This document shows, piece by piece, positions 47,819 to 57,743 of a DNA stretch of 64,000 nucleotides. The translations under genes were made by a program, and so were the position numbers. The notes beneath the pieces are model-generated. The model was not told the origin of the DNA and searched no databases. It saw only the letters and a program-made list of their open reading frames with translations. The stretch comes from a virus. Lineage: Duplodnaviria > Caudoviricetes. The DNA lies in the IMG/VR virus record IMGVR_UViG_3300037067_012456, positions 32,001 to 96,000 of that record, one strand, 5' to 3'. The number at the start of each line of letters is the position of its first letter. Position 1 is the first letter of the stretch.

Positions 47819-49939
47819 ATGGCTGAACCAACCCTTGATAGTTTATCAACACAAATGAAAGATGCTCCTGTTGGTTCTATTCCTACAAGTGGACCTGGGA
47901 GTAAAACACCCGCTACTCCTCCGTTAGGTGGAGGAACGCCATTAGGTGGGGGTTCTCCAATAAAGCCTATAGGTGAACCAGGTGCTCCTAATAAAGATTC
48001 AATAGAGGCACCAACTCCTTTAGATCAAGATTCTTTTAAAGGATTGGTTGATGATGTTTATGCAGCAATGGATGACGCTAAAGTTTTAGCTAAAACATCA
48101 GAAGATATAATAAATTATTTATTAGAAAATAAATGGTCTGAAAAAAGACTCCGTGATTTATCTAAATATTTAAAAACATCTATAAAAGAGATGATTTTAT
48201 CTATAAAGAAACATGTTAAAAAAGATGGAGTTAATGAGACTATTGATTTAATAAAAAAGAAGATTAATAAAATTCAAAGTGAAAATGCATCAGAAATGCC
48301 AGCACCTGGGATTCCTCCATTGACTCCCAATTTAGCAGGGCCTCCTGGTGCAGCAATGGGTGCAGGTACTGGATTACCATTAACTCCACCACCTCCAACA
48401 GGAGGACCTGGGATAGTGGCCAGTTCAAATGATACTAGAACATTAACAGATGTAGATCTGAAAAATATAAGTAAAAGAGGTTCACAAATGAGTAAAGTTA
48501 TTATAAAAGATGGGGCAGTTGTTGATTCTTCTGCATATGCAAAAGAACTCATCGATAAACTTTCCGATTCTATACGTACAGTTAAAACTAGCATGAAGAA
48601 ATTTGATGATGTGAAAGTTAAATATGCTGGTGCTTTAGCTCTAAAGAAAGCTATAGAAGAGATTGGTTTAAAGACTCCAGGTGGTGGAATGGATGCTGGT
48701 ATTGATATGGATATGGGTCCAGGAGCTGCTGAAGGTGAAGAAGGTGGTGTTGATTCTAAACTAGATACTATTATTGATAAACTTGATACAATGTCTGGTG
48801 ATCTTGCAGCGTTAAAGGGTGAAGAAGAAGAAGTTGGTGATGAATTAGAGGGTGATACTGATGTATTAGATGATGTTACCGACGAAGCAGAAAAAGAATC
48901 TGAATCTATTCCTGGAAAAGAAGGAAAAGATGTTATGTCTATGGTTGAAGAAGCTAGAACAGTTATTTCTACTGCTAAATCAAAACTTAGAGAAAATATT
49001 ACAGCTTCTTTTGAAGATATGATTAAAGCTAAAAAAGAAAAAGCAGATAAAAAAGACGATAAAAAAGACGATAAAAAAGACGATAAAAAAGACGATAAAA
49101 AAGAAAATCCATTTAAAAAGAAAGACGAAAAGAAAGATGAAAAAAAGGATAAAGATGCTTCTATAGATGTTGAAGATCTTATTAGAAAAGTGAAAGCTCG
49201 TATTGAAGAAATACGTTCAGAAAAAGAAGCTAATTTATATCCATTTAAGAAAGAAATTAAACCAATTCCTCCAGTTGATAATATCAATGCTGAAACTGCT
49301 GGCAAACAAATTTCTACTGTTGATAAAGAAATTAAAGGGCAACCAGTTACTGATAAAGATATGGAAAATATCAATCATGGTGATATTGGTCAAAAAGATC
49401 TTTCTTATTCACAAGGGAAATCAGATCCAGGTAAAACTACTGAAAAGAAAGTTTCTATTGAAGTTGCTGAAAGAATTAGAAAACATAGTATTCAAAATGC
49501 TATTGATAAAGCAAGATTGTCAGTTGAATTGGCATCTCGTCAGCAATTAAAAGGTATGATAGACGATCCTCTTCGTGTATCTCTTTCTAAGAATATAGTA
49601 GAAGCCGGAATCGATCCCGAAACAGCAGAAGCTATTATACATAATGCATATATTGATGCTTATGAAGAATCTCATAAATCTATTATGAAAGAAGCTTTTG
49701 ATACTTTCATGGAAAAAGATTTTGATGAGTTTACTAAGATTGCAAAATTTGTTGATGATTATAAGGTCAAACAAGCTGAAATTAGTTCTGTAGAGAACAC
49801 AGAGGAATCATTTAGAGATAAAGAAGCCAGTGATAATGCACCTCTTCGTGGATTTAGTGCTGATAAGGATAGTAGAAAAGAGATGTATAGAGAGTACTGG
49901 ACACACGTTTCCAATAATCGTGGAATCGTAAAAGGGTAA
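47819..49939 (+). CDS. probable capsid scaffolding or core protein
   Basis: Low-complexity P/G, acidic and KKDD tracts with coiled coils; immediately upstream of the decoration and MCP genes. Confidence 0.6.
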   Translation: MAEPTLDSLSTQMKDAPVGSIPTSGPGSKTPATPPLGGGTPLGGGSPIKPIGEPGAPNKDSIEAPTPLDQDSFKGLVDDVYAAMDDAKVLAKTSEDIINYLLENKWSEKRLRDLSKYLKTSIKEMILSIKKHVKKDGVNETIDLIKKKINKIQSENASEMPAPGIPPLTPNLAGPPGAAMGAGTGLPLTPPPPTGGPGIVASSNDTRTLTDVDLKNISKRGSQMSKVIIKDGAVVDSSAYAKELIDKLSDSIRTVKTSMKKFDDVKVKYAGALALKKAIEEIGLKTPGGGMDAGIDMDMGPGAAEGEEGGVDSKLDTIIDKLDTMSGDLAALKGEEEEVGDELEGDTDVLDDVTDEAEKESESIPGKEGKDVMSMVEEARTVISTAKSKLRENITASFEDMIKAKKEKADKKDDKKDDKKDDKKDDKKENPFKKKDEKKDEKKDKDASIDVEDLIRKVKARIEEIRSEKEANLYPFKKEIKPIPPVDNINAETAGKQISTVDKEIKGQPVTDKDMENINHGDIGQKDLSYSQGKSDPGKTTEKKVSIEVAERIRKHSIQNAIDKARLSVELASRQQLKGMIDDPLRVSLSKNIVEAGIDPETAEAIIHNAYIDAYEESHKSIMKEAFDTFMEKDFDEFTKIAKFVDDYKVKQAEISSVENTEESFRDKEASDNAPLRGFSADKDSRKEMYREYWTHVSNNRGIVKG
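49046..49101 (+). repeat. 12-bp coding tandem repeat (KKDD)
   Basis: GATAAAAAAGAC x4, plus a partial copy. Confidence 0.9.
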
Positions 49940-49991
49940 GAAGCAGCCCAAAATGCTTGATATTATTATAAAACTTGCTAGGAGATAGATT

Positions 49992-50714
49992 ATGGCGACA
50001 CTTCCTGATCTTGGCATGAATGGTCTTGTAAATTCTGTGCGTAGACTTAGCGGTCTTGCAAATCCAGGTTACAGAAATGTAGATCCTGATGCAGAATTTA
50101 TTGCCGGTTGCGTAGCAAAATTAGCAGCAGATTCGAATGGTAATCCCGTTCTTCAAACAGCTGATGCTGATGATACTAACTTAATCGGACTATTCTATTG
50201 CCACAAAACGCTAAGTTTTTATAGGCCAGTTGTAAATGAGGAACAAACCTTTGGTACTTCCCCAAATACAGCTACTATTGCTTATTTAAACCATGCAAAC
50301 GTTAAAACCGGTTCTGTACAGGTGACATCTACAGGGGCTTCCCCAACACCTTATACAATTACAACCGACTATACAGTTAATACAACTAATGGTTATATTA
50401 ATACCTCAACAGGTACTAGTTCTATTGGAGCTACTGATACTGTATATATTTCTTACTTATACCTCGATCCAAACCTCGTTGGTATAGACCAGACTTTAGG
50501 TTCTGGAAAAGCGGCTACACTTGAAGATGCTGGTGAAGTTGCAACATTAGTATATGCTACAGGCGTTTCAACACCTTATACATTAATGTGTAGCTTGTAT
50601 TCAGATGCTAATGGATATATCACTACTGCAAATGGTGGTGGAACTGTAGTTGGTAAGTGTACAAAAGTACCTACAGCTGAAGATCCTGAACTCCATTTTA
50701 AGTTATTGGTATAG
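49992..50714 (+). CDS. probable capsid decoration/cement protein with Thr/Ser-rich inserted beta domain
   Basis: Directly upstream of MCP; C-terminal LYSDANGYITT...VGKCTKVPT pattern; AGGAG RBS; C-ending codon bias. Confidence 0.6.
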   Translation: MATLPDLGMNGLVNSVRRLSGLANPGYRNVDPDAEFIAGCVAKLAADSNGNPVLQTADADDTNLIGLFYCHKTLSFYRPVVNEEQTFGTSPNTATIAYLNHANVKTGSVQVTSTGASPTPYTITTDYTVNTTNGYINTSTGTSSIGATDTVYISYLYLDPNLVGIDQTLGSGKAATLEDAGEVATLVYATGVSTPYTLMCSLYSDANGYITTANGGGTVVGKCTKVPTAEDPELHFKLLV

Positions 50715-50727
50715 GAGGTAACTAACT

Positions 50728-51876
50728 ATGTGGGCTACTAATATGGAAAAGAAAGAAATTAGAAAAGTTGCCTCTAAAGACGAGAGGTTGTTAAATCCAA
50801 AAGCATTCGGTGGAACAGATTCTACTGGTCGTGAAAAACATGCTTCCAAAGAAGATATGTTTAATAGCAAAGGCGAAATGAATGCATACGATAAAAAGGA
50901 TGTCATTACTCAGCAACAAAAATTCGCCAGCTTAAGAGAACAATATAAGAAATCTGGTTCCTTTTATTCAATGGATGAAAAACAAAGAATTATGGAAGCA
51001 GCTTTTGGTGGTAACGAAGAAGAAAGAATGAGATTTGGAGCAGAAATGATTCCACTTATTCTGGATAGATTAGACTATGAAGGATTTATCCGTCAGGTCT
51101 TTAAAACTCACGAAGTTGCTCAAGGTCAAATTATATCATACGAAAAGGATATAAATGTTACCGCTCTTATTATCCAAGAAGACGGTCAGACAATTGAGTG
51201 CGTTGTGAAGGGTAATCGTGTATTCCCAGCTGAATTCTGGGTTACAGCATTCCCAAAAATTAATATGGCCGAAATTGCCAAACGTCAGTTTGACATCGTA
51301 GACCGTACTCATGATAAAGCTACATTCCAAATCATGCTTCAAGAAGATAGAAATGGACTCCGTGAGCTTTATCAAGCTTCTACTTTAGAAAACTCAAACA
51401 TAACTATTTCCTCAACAGTTAATAAGTCTGTTCTTGAGTCACTACAGTATGAAGTAGAAAGACACAGATTAATTTGCGATAAGTTCCTCATGAATCGTGC
51501 TGAATTAGGCGATTTCAAGAGAAACATTAACTCTATGGATTACGATCCAATTACTTCCAGAGACATCTTGTTAACTGGTATTTTTGGAAACATCTGGGGA
51601 GTTAATATATTCGTATCTGCTGGTGTTGACGAAGCCGGTATCCAAAACGTATCTGTTCCAGAGGGCATGGTCTTTGCTGTAACCGAAGGTAGATATTTGG
51701 GTGCTATGCCAATTCGTATTTCTTTAACAATGCTTCCTGCTGATCAATTTGTTTTTGGAAAATTTCAGTATGGTTACTTGTTTGGTGAAATGATTGGTCA
51801 GGCTATTCTTAACCCAAGAGCAATTGCATGTGGTATTAAAACCGGTACAACAGTTCCTGCATGGATGTCTGCTTAA
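50728..51876 (+). CDS. major capsid protein (HK97-fold, large-phage type)
   Basis: MIPLILDRLDYEGFIRQVF...YEKD...F.V.AFPKI...I.KRQFDIVDR...IMLQED...VERHRL...G.IWG..I.VS...VPEG.VF...E.IG.AILNPR; strong AGGAGG RBS, optimized codons, downstream terminator. Confidence 0.85.
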   Translation: MWATNMEKKEIRKVASKDERLLNPKAFGGTDSTGREKHASKEDMFNSKGEMNAYDKKDVITQQQKFASLREQYKKSGSFYSMDEKQRIMEAAFGGNEEERMRFGAEMIPLILDRLDYEGFIRQVFKTHEVAQGQIISYEKDINVTALIIQEDGQTIECVVKGNRVFPAEFWVTAFPKINMAEIAKRQFDIVDRTHDKATFQIMLQEDRNGLRELYQASTLENSNITISSTVNKSVLESLQYEVERHRLICDKFLMNRAELGDFKRNINSMDYDPITSRDILLTGIFGNIWGVNIFVSAGVDEAGIQNVSVPEGMVFAVTEGRYLGAMPIRISLTMLPADQFVFGKFQYGYLFGEMIGQAILNPRAIACGIKTGTTVPAWMSA

Positions 51877-51897
51877 TAATTTAGTAACAAAATAATT

Positions 51898-51927
51898 AAA
51901 TACCCTTTGAAAAAAGGGTATTTTTTT
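51898..51927 (+). terminator. intrinsic terminator after MCP
   Basis: AAATACCCTTT-GAAA-AAAGGGTATTT followed by a T tract. Confidence 0.9.
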
Positions 51928-51928
51928 A

Positions 51929-51957
51929 TTGACAAAAATACTATTTGATGCTACTAA
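51929..51957 (+). promoter_or_regulatory. possible sigma70-type promoter for the endonuclease-like gene
   Basis: TTGACA-17-TACTAA with TGn; the ORF-track TTG start is this -35 box. Confidence 0.45.
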
Positions 51958-51964
51958 TGGATTT

Positions 51965-53650
51965 ATGAAGAAAAAAGAATGTAAATACTGTAATGCAACA
52001 GAAAATCTTGTTGAAGGAATTAGATTAGGTAAGAAGTTTTATTATCCTGTATGTATTGATTGTTTTTATTTATATCAACAGGATAAAACTTTAAAAAGAA
52101 AAAAAACTACATTAAAAAAATATGGTGTAGAAAATGTATCCCAATCTGAGGATATTAAAAATAAAATAAAAAACACTTCTATGAGTGTTTATGGATTTTC
52201 CAATGCATCACAATCTTCTTTAATTAAAGAAAAAAGAGAAAAAACTAATATTGAGAGATATGGAGGAAAGACACCAGCTTCTAATAAAAAAGTTAGAGAT
52301 AAAATGAAAAAAACATCTAAAGATAGATATGGTGTAGAAAATCCAATACAAAATACTGAAATAAAAAATAAAGCAATTATAACATTAATTAATAAGTATG
52401 GAGTTGATAATATATTTAAAAGTGAAGAATTTAAAGAATCTATGAGGATTCTGAATAGGGAAAAATATGGTGTTGATTTTTTTACACAAACTAATGAAAT
52501 GAAAGAAAAGTCACAAGACACTATGTTAAAAAACTATGGAGTTAAGTTTCATTCTCAAGATCCCACAATAAAAAAGAAAATGTGGACTACTTATAGAACT
52601 AATTATTGGGAAACATTTATAGTTACTTTAGCACAAAAATATATAGAACCTTTATTTGATAAGGAACAATATATAACTAATAACAACTTTTTATTAAATA
52701 AATATAAATGTTTACGATGTGGAAATACTTTAGACTTTGAATATTTAAATCCTCATAGAATAAATTGTATATGTACACAACATAGATCGTATTATGAAGA
52801 TAATATAATAGATTGGTTAAAACTTAATAATATTTCTAATATTATTCCAAATAAAAAGTTTTATGAAAATGGAAAATTTAAGTATGAAATAGATATTTTT
52901 TTTCCTGAAAAAAATTTTGGTATAGATTTTTCTGGTATTTATTGGCATAGTGATAGGTATAAAGAAAAAAATTATCATCAAAATAAATACAAATATTTTA
53001 AAGAAAAAAATATAGAATTTATTCAAATTTTTGAAAATGAATGGGTTAATAAACAAGATATTGTAAAATCAATAATTCTGTCAAAGTTTGGATTAAATAA
53101 AAGAATATTTGCTAGAAAGTGTACTATAAAAGAAGTATCAACAAAAGATTACAAAGATTTCATGTTAAAAAATCATTTACAGGGATATATTCCAGCAAAA
53201 ATTTTAATAGGATTATATTTTGATGATATTCTTATTTGTGCTGCATCTTTTAGTAAATATAGGTATATTAAAGAAGATTCATATGAAATAATACGTTTTG
53301 CAACTAAATTAGGTTATACAGTAATTGGAGGATTTGGCAAAATATTGAAATATTTTGAACTTAAGTATTGCCCGAATAAATTAATAAGTTTTATTGATGT
53401 AAGGTATTTTAATGGTAAAAGTTATATTGATTTTACTTTTGAAAAGTTAACAAATCCTAATTATTTTTATTTTAAAATAAAAGATGAAAGTTTAACACTT
53501 CATAGTAGAATTAAATTTCAAAAACATAAATTATCTTCTTTATTAGAAAATTTTGATGATAATTTATCTGAATTAGAAAACATGAAAAATAATGGTTTTG
53601 TACGAATATTTGATGCTGGTAATCTAAAAATGATTAAACTTTATATTTAA
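51965..53650 (+). CDS. homing-endonuclease-like protein (KYGV repeats + Vsr/PD-(D/E)XK-type nuclease + GNAT-like C-terminal domain)
   Basis: About six T..KYGV.N..Q repeats; YEIDIF....GIDFSGIYWHS...YHQNK...IQIFENEW; RIFARKC...NHLQG...IRFA...IGGFGK...RIFDAG. Confidence 0.75.
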   Translation: MKKKECKYCNATENLVEGIRLGKKFYYPVCIDCFYLYQQDKTLKRKKTTLKKYGVENVSQSEDIKNKIKNTSMSVYGFSNASQSSLIKEKREKTNIERYGGKTPASNKKVRDKMKKTSKDRYGVENPIQNTEIKNKAIITLINKYGVDNIFKSEEFKESMRILNREKYGVDFFTQTNEMKEKSQDTMLKNYGVKFHSQDPTIKKKMWTTYRTNYWETFIVTLAQKYIEPLFDKEQYITNNNFLLNKYKCLRCGNTLDFEYLNPHRINCICTQHRSYYEDNIIDWLKLNNISNIIPNKKFYENGKFKYEIDIFFPEKNFGIDFSGIYWHSDRYKEKNYHQNKYKYFKEKNIEFIQIFENEWVNKQDIVKSIILSKFGLNKRIFARKCTIKEVSTKDYKDFMLKNHLQGYIPAKILIGLYFDDILICAASFSKYRYIKEDSYEIIRFATKLGYTVIGGFGKILKYFELKYCPNKLISFIDVRYFNGKSYIDFTFEKLTNPNYFYFKIKDESLTLHSRIKFQKHKLSSLLENFDDNLSELENMKNNGFVRIFDAGNLKMIKLYI

Positions 53651-53764
53651 GTATCTTTTTTTCTGTCTTTTTTGAAAAAATACTTGACTATATTACATAG
53701 TTATATATTTATTAATATATATGAAATTTTAATTATTAATAATTATATTAAATGAGATAAATTT

Positions 53765-54646
53765 TTGAGAAGACCTCCCTTATTAACCTTTTTAACATTT
53801 AATAGGCTAGGAAATACTATACCTAGTCTTAGATCATTACTAGAATCTACCGATGATTTTGAATTATATCTATTAGATAATTTTTCTCAAGATAAAACAT
53901 GGGATTATTTGAATTCAGTATCTGATCCTAGAATAGTATATAGAGAAAGATCTGATAAGAATATTGGTGGAGTTTTATTAAATAAAGCATTAATTCATAG
54001 GAAACCAGATCAAGATTGGTTTAATTATGAATATGATTGTTTTTTAATAACAATAAAGTTTATATCAATTTTTCAAGATATATTTGATAATGAATCAAAT
54101 ATTGCTGGTTTATGTGGTAATCTTCCTGGTATTATTCCTAAAGGTGTTGATGATACTCAACTTATTAAAGTAAATAATTATAGAATTTATAAATCTCATA
54201 TAATGGGTTATTGTATGGGTATGAGATATGAAGTTATGAATAAGTTAGGATATCTTGATGAAGTAACATATGGAATGGATATGGATCTTTATTATAGAAT
54301 TGATCGTATGTTACACATGAAAACAGGATATTCTTTAGATGCTCATTGTTTAATGGTAGGAATACCTACATGTGACATGTGTACTGCTGGGCAAAAAATT
54401 TGTTTAGGAGATAAAATTTGTACTAAATATTATTCAAGGGTTTTAAATGATTTTTATTCACAATATAATCCAGATATGGTTAAACGAGTAAAGGAAAGTA
54501 TCAATAAAGATAAACTTTATTGTGATACTATTTATAACCCGAATACTTCTTTAACAATAGAAGAGCAAAAAGTAGCAAAAGAGAATATAGATAATTTTTC
54601 TAATATTTATAATAAATTTTTAAATACACTAAAAGAGAATATATGA
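53765..54646 (+). CDS. glycosyltransferase, GT-A fold (GT2-like), with Cys-rich insert
   Basis: FLTFNRL, LLDNFSQDKT, NIG, EYD, GYLDE..YGMDMDL, C..C....C....C. Confidence 0.8.
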   Translation: MRRPPLLTFLTFNRLGNTIPSLRSLLESTDDFELYLLDNFSQDKTWDYLNSVSDPRIVYRERSDKNIGGVLLNKALIHRKPDQDWFNYEYDCFLITIKFISIFQDIFDNESNIAGLCGNLPGIIPKGVDDTQLIKVNNYRIYKSHIMGYCMGMRYEVMNKLGYLDEVTYGMDMDLYYRIDRMLHMKTGYSLDAHCLMVGIPTCDMCTAGQKICLGDKICTKYYSRVLNDFYSQYNPDMVKRVKESINKDKLYCDTIYNPNTSLTIEEQKVAKENIDNFSNIYNKFLNTLKENI

Positions 54647-55560
54647 GACCACCATTATTTACATTTTTAACGTTTAATAGATTAGGAAATACTTGTATTA
54701 GTTTAGAATCTGTATTACAAAGTCCAGATGATTTTGAAATGTATATTATAGATAATGGATCTAAAGATTTTACATGGGATTATTTAAATACTATTGATGA
54801 TCCACGAATAAAAGATAGAAAAAGATTTGATAGTAACTTTGGAATAGCAGCATTAAATTACGCTCTCTCTTTTAGAAAAGAGGACCAAGATTGGGTAAAT
54901 GTAGAACCAGATACCCATATACATAATAAAAATTTTATATCAGAATTTAAAAAAGCATCTGAATTTTATCCTGAATTTGGATATTTTTCTGGTATGCTCT
55001 ATGGTGGTGATGTTCCACTTACTGTAATTTCTCATGATTATGTTAAAACAATGGTAGATACTTATCCACAAACAGTAATTCAAAGAGGACAGTACAGAGT
55101 TTGGGATAGTGGTGTAGGAATGACGGGTTATTGTTTATATATTCCATCAAATGTGATGAATCAATTAATGTTTTTAGATGAAGTATCTTATGGAGCAGAT
55201 GTTGATTTAAATTGTAGAATTATGAAGGGATTGAAAAAAAAGGCTGGATTTGTATTTAATATTGGATGTTCTATGATAGGAACAGATTGTAAAATCTGTT
55301 TATCATATGGAAATATTTGCCCCGGTCAAAATATTTGTAATAAAATATATTCTAGAGTTACAAGTACTTTTATAGCAAAAAGAGGAACTTGGACAACTGA
55401 TGTTATAAATCAAAGAATATCTGGTAAACTCCCATTAAAATGTGATTCTATTTTTGGACAACAAATATCAGATAGTGATAAAGCACAAAGTTTAAAAAAT
55501 ATAGAAGAATTAAAGAATATTTATGATGAATATCTTAGAACAATGGGATATCAAAAATGA
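54643..55560 (+). CDS. glycosyltransferase, GT-A fold (GT2-like), tandem paralog
   Basis: FLTFNRL, IIDNGSKDFT, NFG.AALN, EPD, FLDE.SYGADVDL, same Cys cluster. Confidence 0.82.
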   Translation: MRPPLFTFLTFNRLGNTCISLESVLQSPDDFEMYIIDNGSKDFTWDYLNTIDDPRIKDRKRFDSNFGIAALNYALSFRKEDQDWVNVEPDTHIHNKNFISEFKKASEFYPEFGYFSGMLYGGDVPLTVISHDYVKTMVDTYPQTVIQRGQYRVWDSGVGMTGYCLYIPSNVMNQLMFLDEVSYGADVDLNCRIMKGLKKKAGFVFNIGCSMIGTDCKICLSYGNICPGQNICNKIYSRVTSTFIAKRGTWTTDVINQRISGKLPLKCDSIFGQQISDSDKAQSLKNIEELKNIYDEYLRTMGYQK

Positions 55561-56081
55561 AGTTGCACATTGGTTGCGGGTATCAACATAAAGATGGTTG
55601 GATTAATATAGATATAGAGAAATTTTCAAGTGTTGATATAGTTCATGATGCAAGAACTATATTTCCTTATTCAGACAATTCTATTGATTTTGTTTTTAAT
55701 GAACATTTTATAGAACATATTTCGTTACAAGACGGCATTTCTTTTTTAAAAGAAATGTACAGAATTATTAAACCAAATGGAGTTATTAGAATAGCAGCAC
55801 CTGATTTGGATGTTATTATTGATCAATTTGTAAATGATTCTTGGAGAGATGATTTTAAAAAAGCACAAATTCCTTGTAATACTCGTTGTGAAATGTTGGA
55901 CATGTCCATGAGGGGTTGGGGACATTTGTATTTATATAACTATGAAGAATTAGAATATCGTCTTAAAAATAGTGGTTTTATAAACATATCACGAAAAGAA
56001 TTATATAAAAGTGATTACCCAGAATTATGTAATCTAGAAACAAGATGGGCTTCTTTTTTAATTATTGAGGCGACAAAATGA
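55557..56081 (+). CDS. SAM-dependent methyltransferase (type 11)
   Basis: KLHIGCG....GWINID, EHFIEHI, RIIKPNGVIRIAAPD. Confidence 0.88.
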   Translation: MKLHIGCGYQHKDGWINIDIEKFSSVDIVHDARTIFPYSDNSIDFVFNEHFIEHISLQDGISFLKEMYRIIKPNGVIRIAAPDLDVIIDQFVNDSWRDDFKKAQIPCNTRCEMLDMSMRGWGHLYLYNYEELEYRLKNSGFINISRKELYKSDYPELCNLETRWASFLIIEATK

Positions 56082-56779
56082 AACTTGGAATAATGCAACC
56101 TTATTTTCTTCCATATATTGGATATTGGCAACTCATAAATTCTGTTGATGAATTTGTAATTTATGATAATATTAAATATACTAAAAAAGGTTGGATCAAT
56201 AGAAATAGAATTTTATGTAACGGTAAAGATGAGTATATTACTATACCTTTAAAAAAAGATTCAGATTATTTGGATGTAAAAGATAGATACATTGCATATT
56301 CTTGGGATGATGAAAAAAATAAAATATTAAACAAAATAAGACAATACTATAAAAAATCTCCACAATTTTCTCAAGGATATACTCTTTTTGAAACTTGCAT
56401 ATCTTGCGAAGAAAGAAATTTATTTAAATTTATTCTAAATTCAGTTGAATTGATAAAAACATATCTCGATATTAAAACTCCACTTATAATCTCTTCAACA
56501 ATTCCTTCAGATCAAAATCTACAATCTGAAGATAAAGTATTAGACATTTGTAAAGTAAGAAAAGCAACTACTTACATAAATGCCAGTGGTGGTGTAGAAT
56601 TATATGATAAAAATAATTTCACCAAAGAAGGAATGGAACTCAATTTTATTAAATCAAACCAAATTACTTATAAACAATTTGATAATGAATTTATTCCTTG
56701 GCTCTCTATTTTAGATGTTTTGATGTTTAATTCAAAAGAAGAAATACAATCAATGCTAAATAATTATACTTTATTTTAG
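56078..56779 (+). CDS. WbqC-like protein (putative sugar glycyl/aminoacyl transferase)
   Basis: MKLGIMQPYFLPYIGYWQLI..VD.FVIYD...Y.K.GWINRNRI...YIN..GG..LY...F.P.LSILD. Confidence 0.9.
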   Translation: MKLGIMQPYFLPYIGYWQLINSVDEFVIYDNIKYTKKGWINRNRILCNGKDEYITIPLKKDSDYLDVKDRYIAYSWDDEKNKILNKIRQYYKKSPQFSQGYTLFETCISCEERNLFKFILNSVELIKTYLDIKTPLIISSTIPSDQNLQSEDKVLDICKVRKATTYINASGGVELYDKNNFTKEGMELNFIKSNQITYKQFDNEFIPWLSILDVLMFNSKEEIQSMLNNYTLF

Positions 56780-56789
56780 GATATATGAA

Positions 56790-57743
56790 ATGTTTAGATG
56801 GAAAAAATTAGGACAAATATTCTCACCACAAACTGTAAACGATGGTATTGATAGACCTTGGATGAAGGAATATTCTCAATGCACAAGTACAGTATTTTTC
56901 GATAAATTTATACGAATATACTTTTCTTGTAGACCATTCAAAGATAAAGAAGGAGCTGTATCATATACGGCTTTTGTTGATGTTGATAAAAATGATTTAA
57001 CAAAAATTATAAATATAGCAAAAGAACCCATTCTTCCTTTAGGTAGGCTAGGTACTTTTGATGAACATGCTGTTTATCCTACTTGTGTTATTAAGCGAAA
57101 AGATGACTTTGCTTTATATTACGCTGGTTGGTACAGATGCAAGTCTGTCCCATTTAATACATCAATTGGATTGGCAATCAGTAATGATGGTGCCTCATTT
57201 AAGCGGATTGGAGATGGGCCAATTATGGCTCCAAATATTAATGAACCTTTCGTTATTAGTGGCCCAAAAGTCAGAAGATTTAAAGAATATTGGTACATGT
57301 ATTATTTAGCTGGAACTGAGTGGATATCAAACAATGGAAGCCCCGAAATAATATATAAAATAAAAATGGCTTCTTCAGAGGATGGGATAGAATGGGAAAG
57401 AGTGGGTCAAAATATTATACCTGATATTTTAGAACCAGAGGAGTGTCAAGCAGGTCCTGATGTATTTTATCATGAAGGAAAGTATCATATGTATTTTGCA
57501 TACAGATACGGATTGGATTTTCGTGGAAATAATAGAGGTTACAGAATAGGATATGCCTATTCCTATGATTTATATAACTGGACAAGGGATGATGCTAATG
57601 TTGGAATAGGTTATTCTGAATCTGGTTGGGATAGTCAAATGCATCATTATCCTCATATATTTAAACATAATGATAAATTATATATGTTATATAATGGAAA
57701 TGATTTTGGTAGATATGGATTTGGATTAGCAGTAGCAGAATAA
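56790..57743 (+). CDS. five-bladed beta-propeller glycoside hydrolase/phosphorylase-like protein
   Basis: W.KLG.IF, LG.LG.FD, IGLA.S.DG, S.DG..W.R, Y.IGYA.S.D...W.R, LYNGN.FG..GFGLA. Confidence 0.75.
   Translation: MFRWKKLGQIFSPQTVNDGIDRPWMKEYSQCTSTVFFDKFIRIYFSCRPFKDKEGAVSYTAFVDVDKNDLTKIINIAKEPILPLGRLGTFDEHAVYPTCVIKRKDDFALYYAGWYRCKSVPFNTSIGLAISNDGASFKRIGDGPIMAPNINEPFVISGPKVRRFKEYWYMYYLAGTEWISNNGSPEIIYKIKMASSEDGIEWERVGQNIIPDILEPEECQAGPDVFYHEGKYHMYFAYRYGLDFRGNNRGYRIGYAYSYDLYNWTRDDANVGIGYSESGWDSQMHHYPHIFKHNDKLYMLYNGNDFGRYGFGLAVAE

Noticed and set aside
41086-49101. Tandem repeats (QPAQPAE, KKDD; also DSEE near 30043) as regulatory or array elements
   Set aside because: In-frame multiples of 3 encoding low-complexity linkers; no spacers.
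48274-49374. 366-aa minus-strand ORF
   Set aside because: Antisense shadow of the low-complexity scaffold gene (S/F/L-rich mirror of K/E/D codons); no RBS or motifs.
53684-53712. sigma70 promoter upstream of the glycosylation cluster
   Set aside because: TTGACT is present but there is no good -10 at 17-bp spacing, so it is not called.
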